The notes under the pieces are model-generated. The model did no database searches, was not told the origin of the DNA, and saw only the letters and a program-made list of their open reading frames with translations. From contig NC_043006.1 of assembly GCF_006345805.1 (NCBI RefSeq), forward strand, positions 40,920,001 to 40,984,000: 64,000 nt of DNA, written 5' to 3'. Below, piece after piece: positions 63,655 to 64,000 of this stretch. The translations under genes were made by a program, and so were the position numbers. Within the stretch, counting starts at the first letter, position 1. Each line of letters begins with the position of its first letter. Origin of the DNA: Octopus sinensis (Eukaryota).

Positions 63655-64000
63655 TAATAATAATATTTGTAAATTTTGGTAAAAGGACCAATAATTTCGG
63701 GGAAGGAGTCAAGTCGATCACATCATCCTCAGTACTTGACTGGCACTTATTTTAATCGACCCCGATAGGATGAAAGTCAGAGTTACACCCGATGGAATTT
63801 GAACCTACAATGTAAAGAGCTGGAAAAAATGCCGCTTTGCATTTTGTCCTGTATGCTAACGAATGTTCTAGGTCGCCACCTAATATGGCGTAACAAATAT
63901 TTTGACTATTTGCCCACCAAACTCATTTTGCTCTTTTATTTTCTTTTGCATCACCGGTCCAACTTTGCTATAAATTAGGTGTTTTTTAAAAAAAAATTGT

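Overview
Eukaryotic, AT-rich, microsatellite-saturated genomic DNA. The repeat families look like those of an octopus/coleoid cephalopod; this is inferred from recall and not checked. There is one credible host gene: an intronless 875-aa ORF (14754-17381, +) encoding a dispersed multi-C2H2 zinc-finger protein, with an upstream splice acceptor. The rest is decayed transposons: mariner/Tc1, hAT, Merlin-like MITEs with 8-bp TSDs, a non-autonomous Helitron, RTE/CR1/R4-Dong LINE fragments, Penelope-like (PLE) RT/GIY-YIG remnants and three tRNA-derived SINE families. The standout is a 4.7-kb array of near-identical ~550-bp non-coding units (45661-50394; 6 units in one orientation, ~2.6 inverted). 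Each unit carries an intact minimal type I hammerhead ribozyme motif with a palindromic stem III (9 copies) and nested self-complementarity, and the array sits in a (TA)n tract. It is a candidate retrozyme / Penelope pLTR-type circular-RNA system. At least six more divergent hammerhead-like motifs (including core variants) and five more fold-back insertions occur in the window, most of them next to (TA)n tracts. Almost all other ORFs in the track are microsatellite artefacts. Boundaries of degenerate repeats are approximate; no structure was computed.
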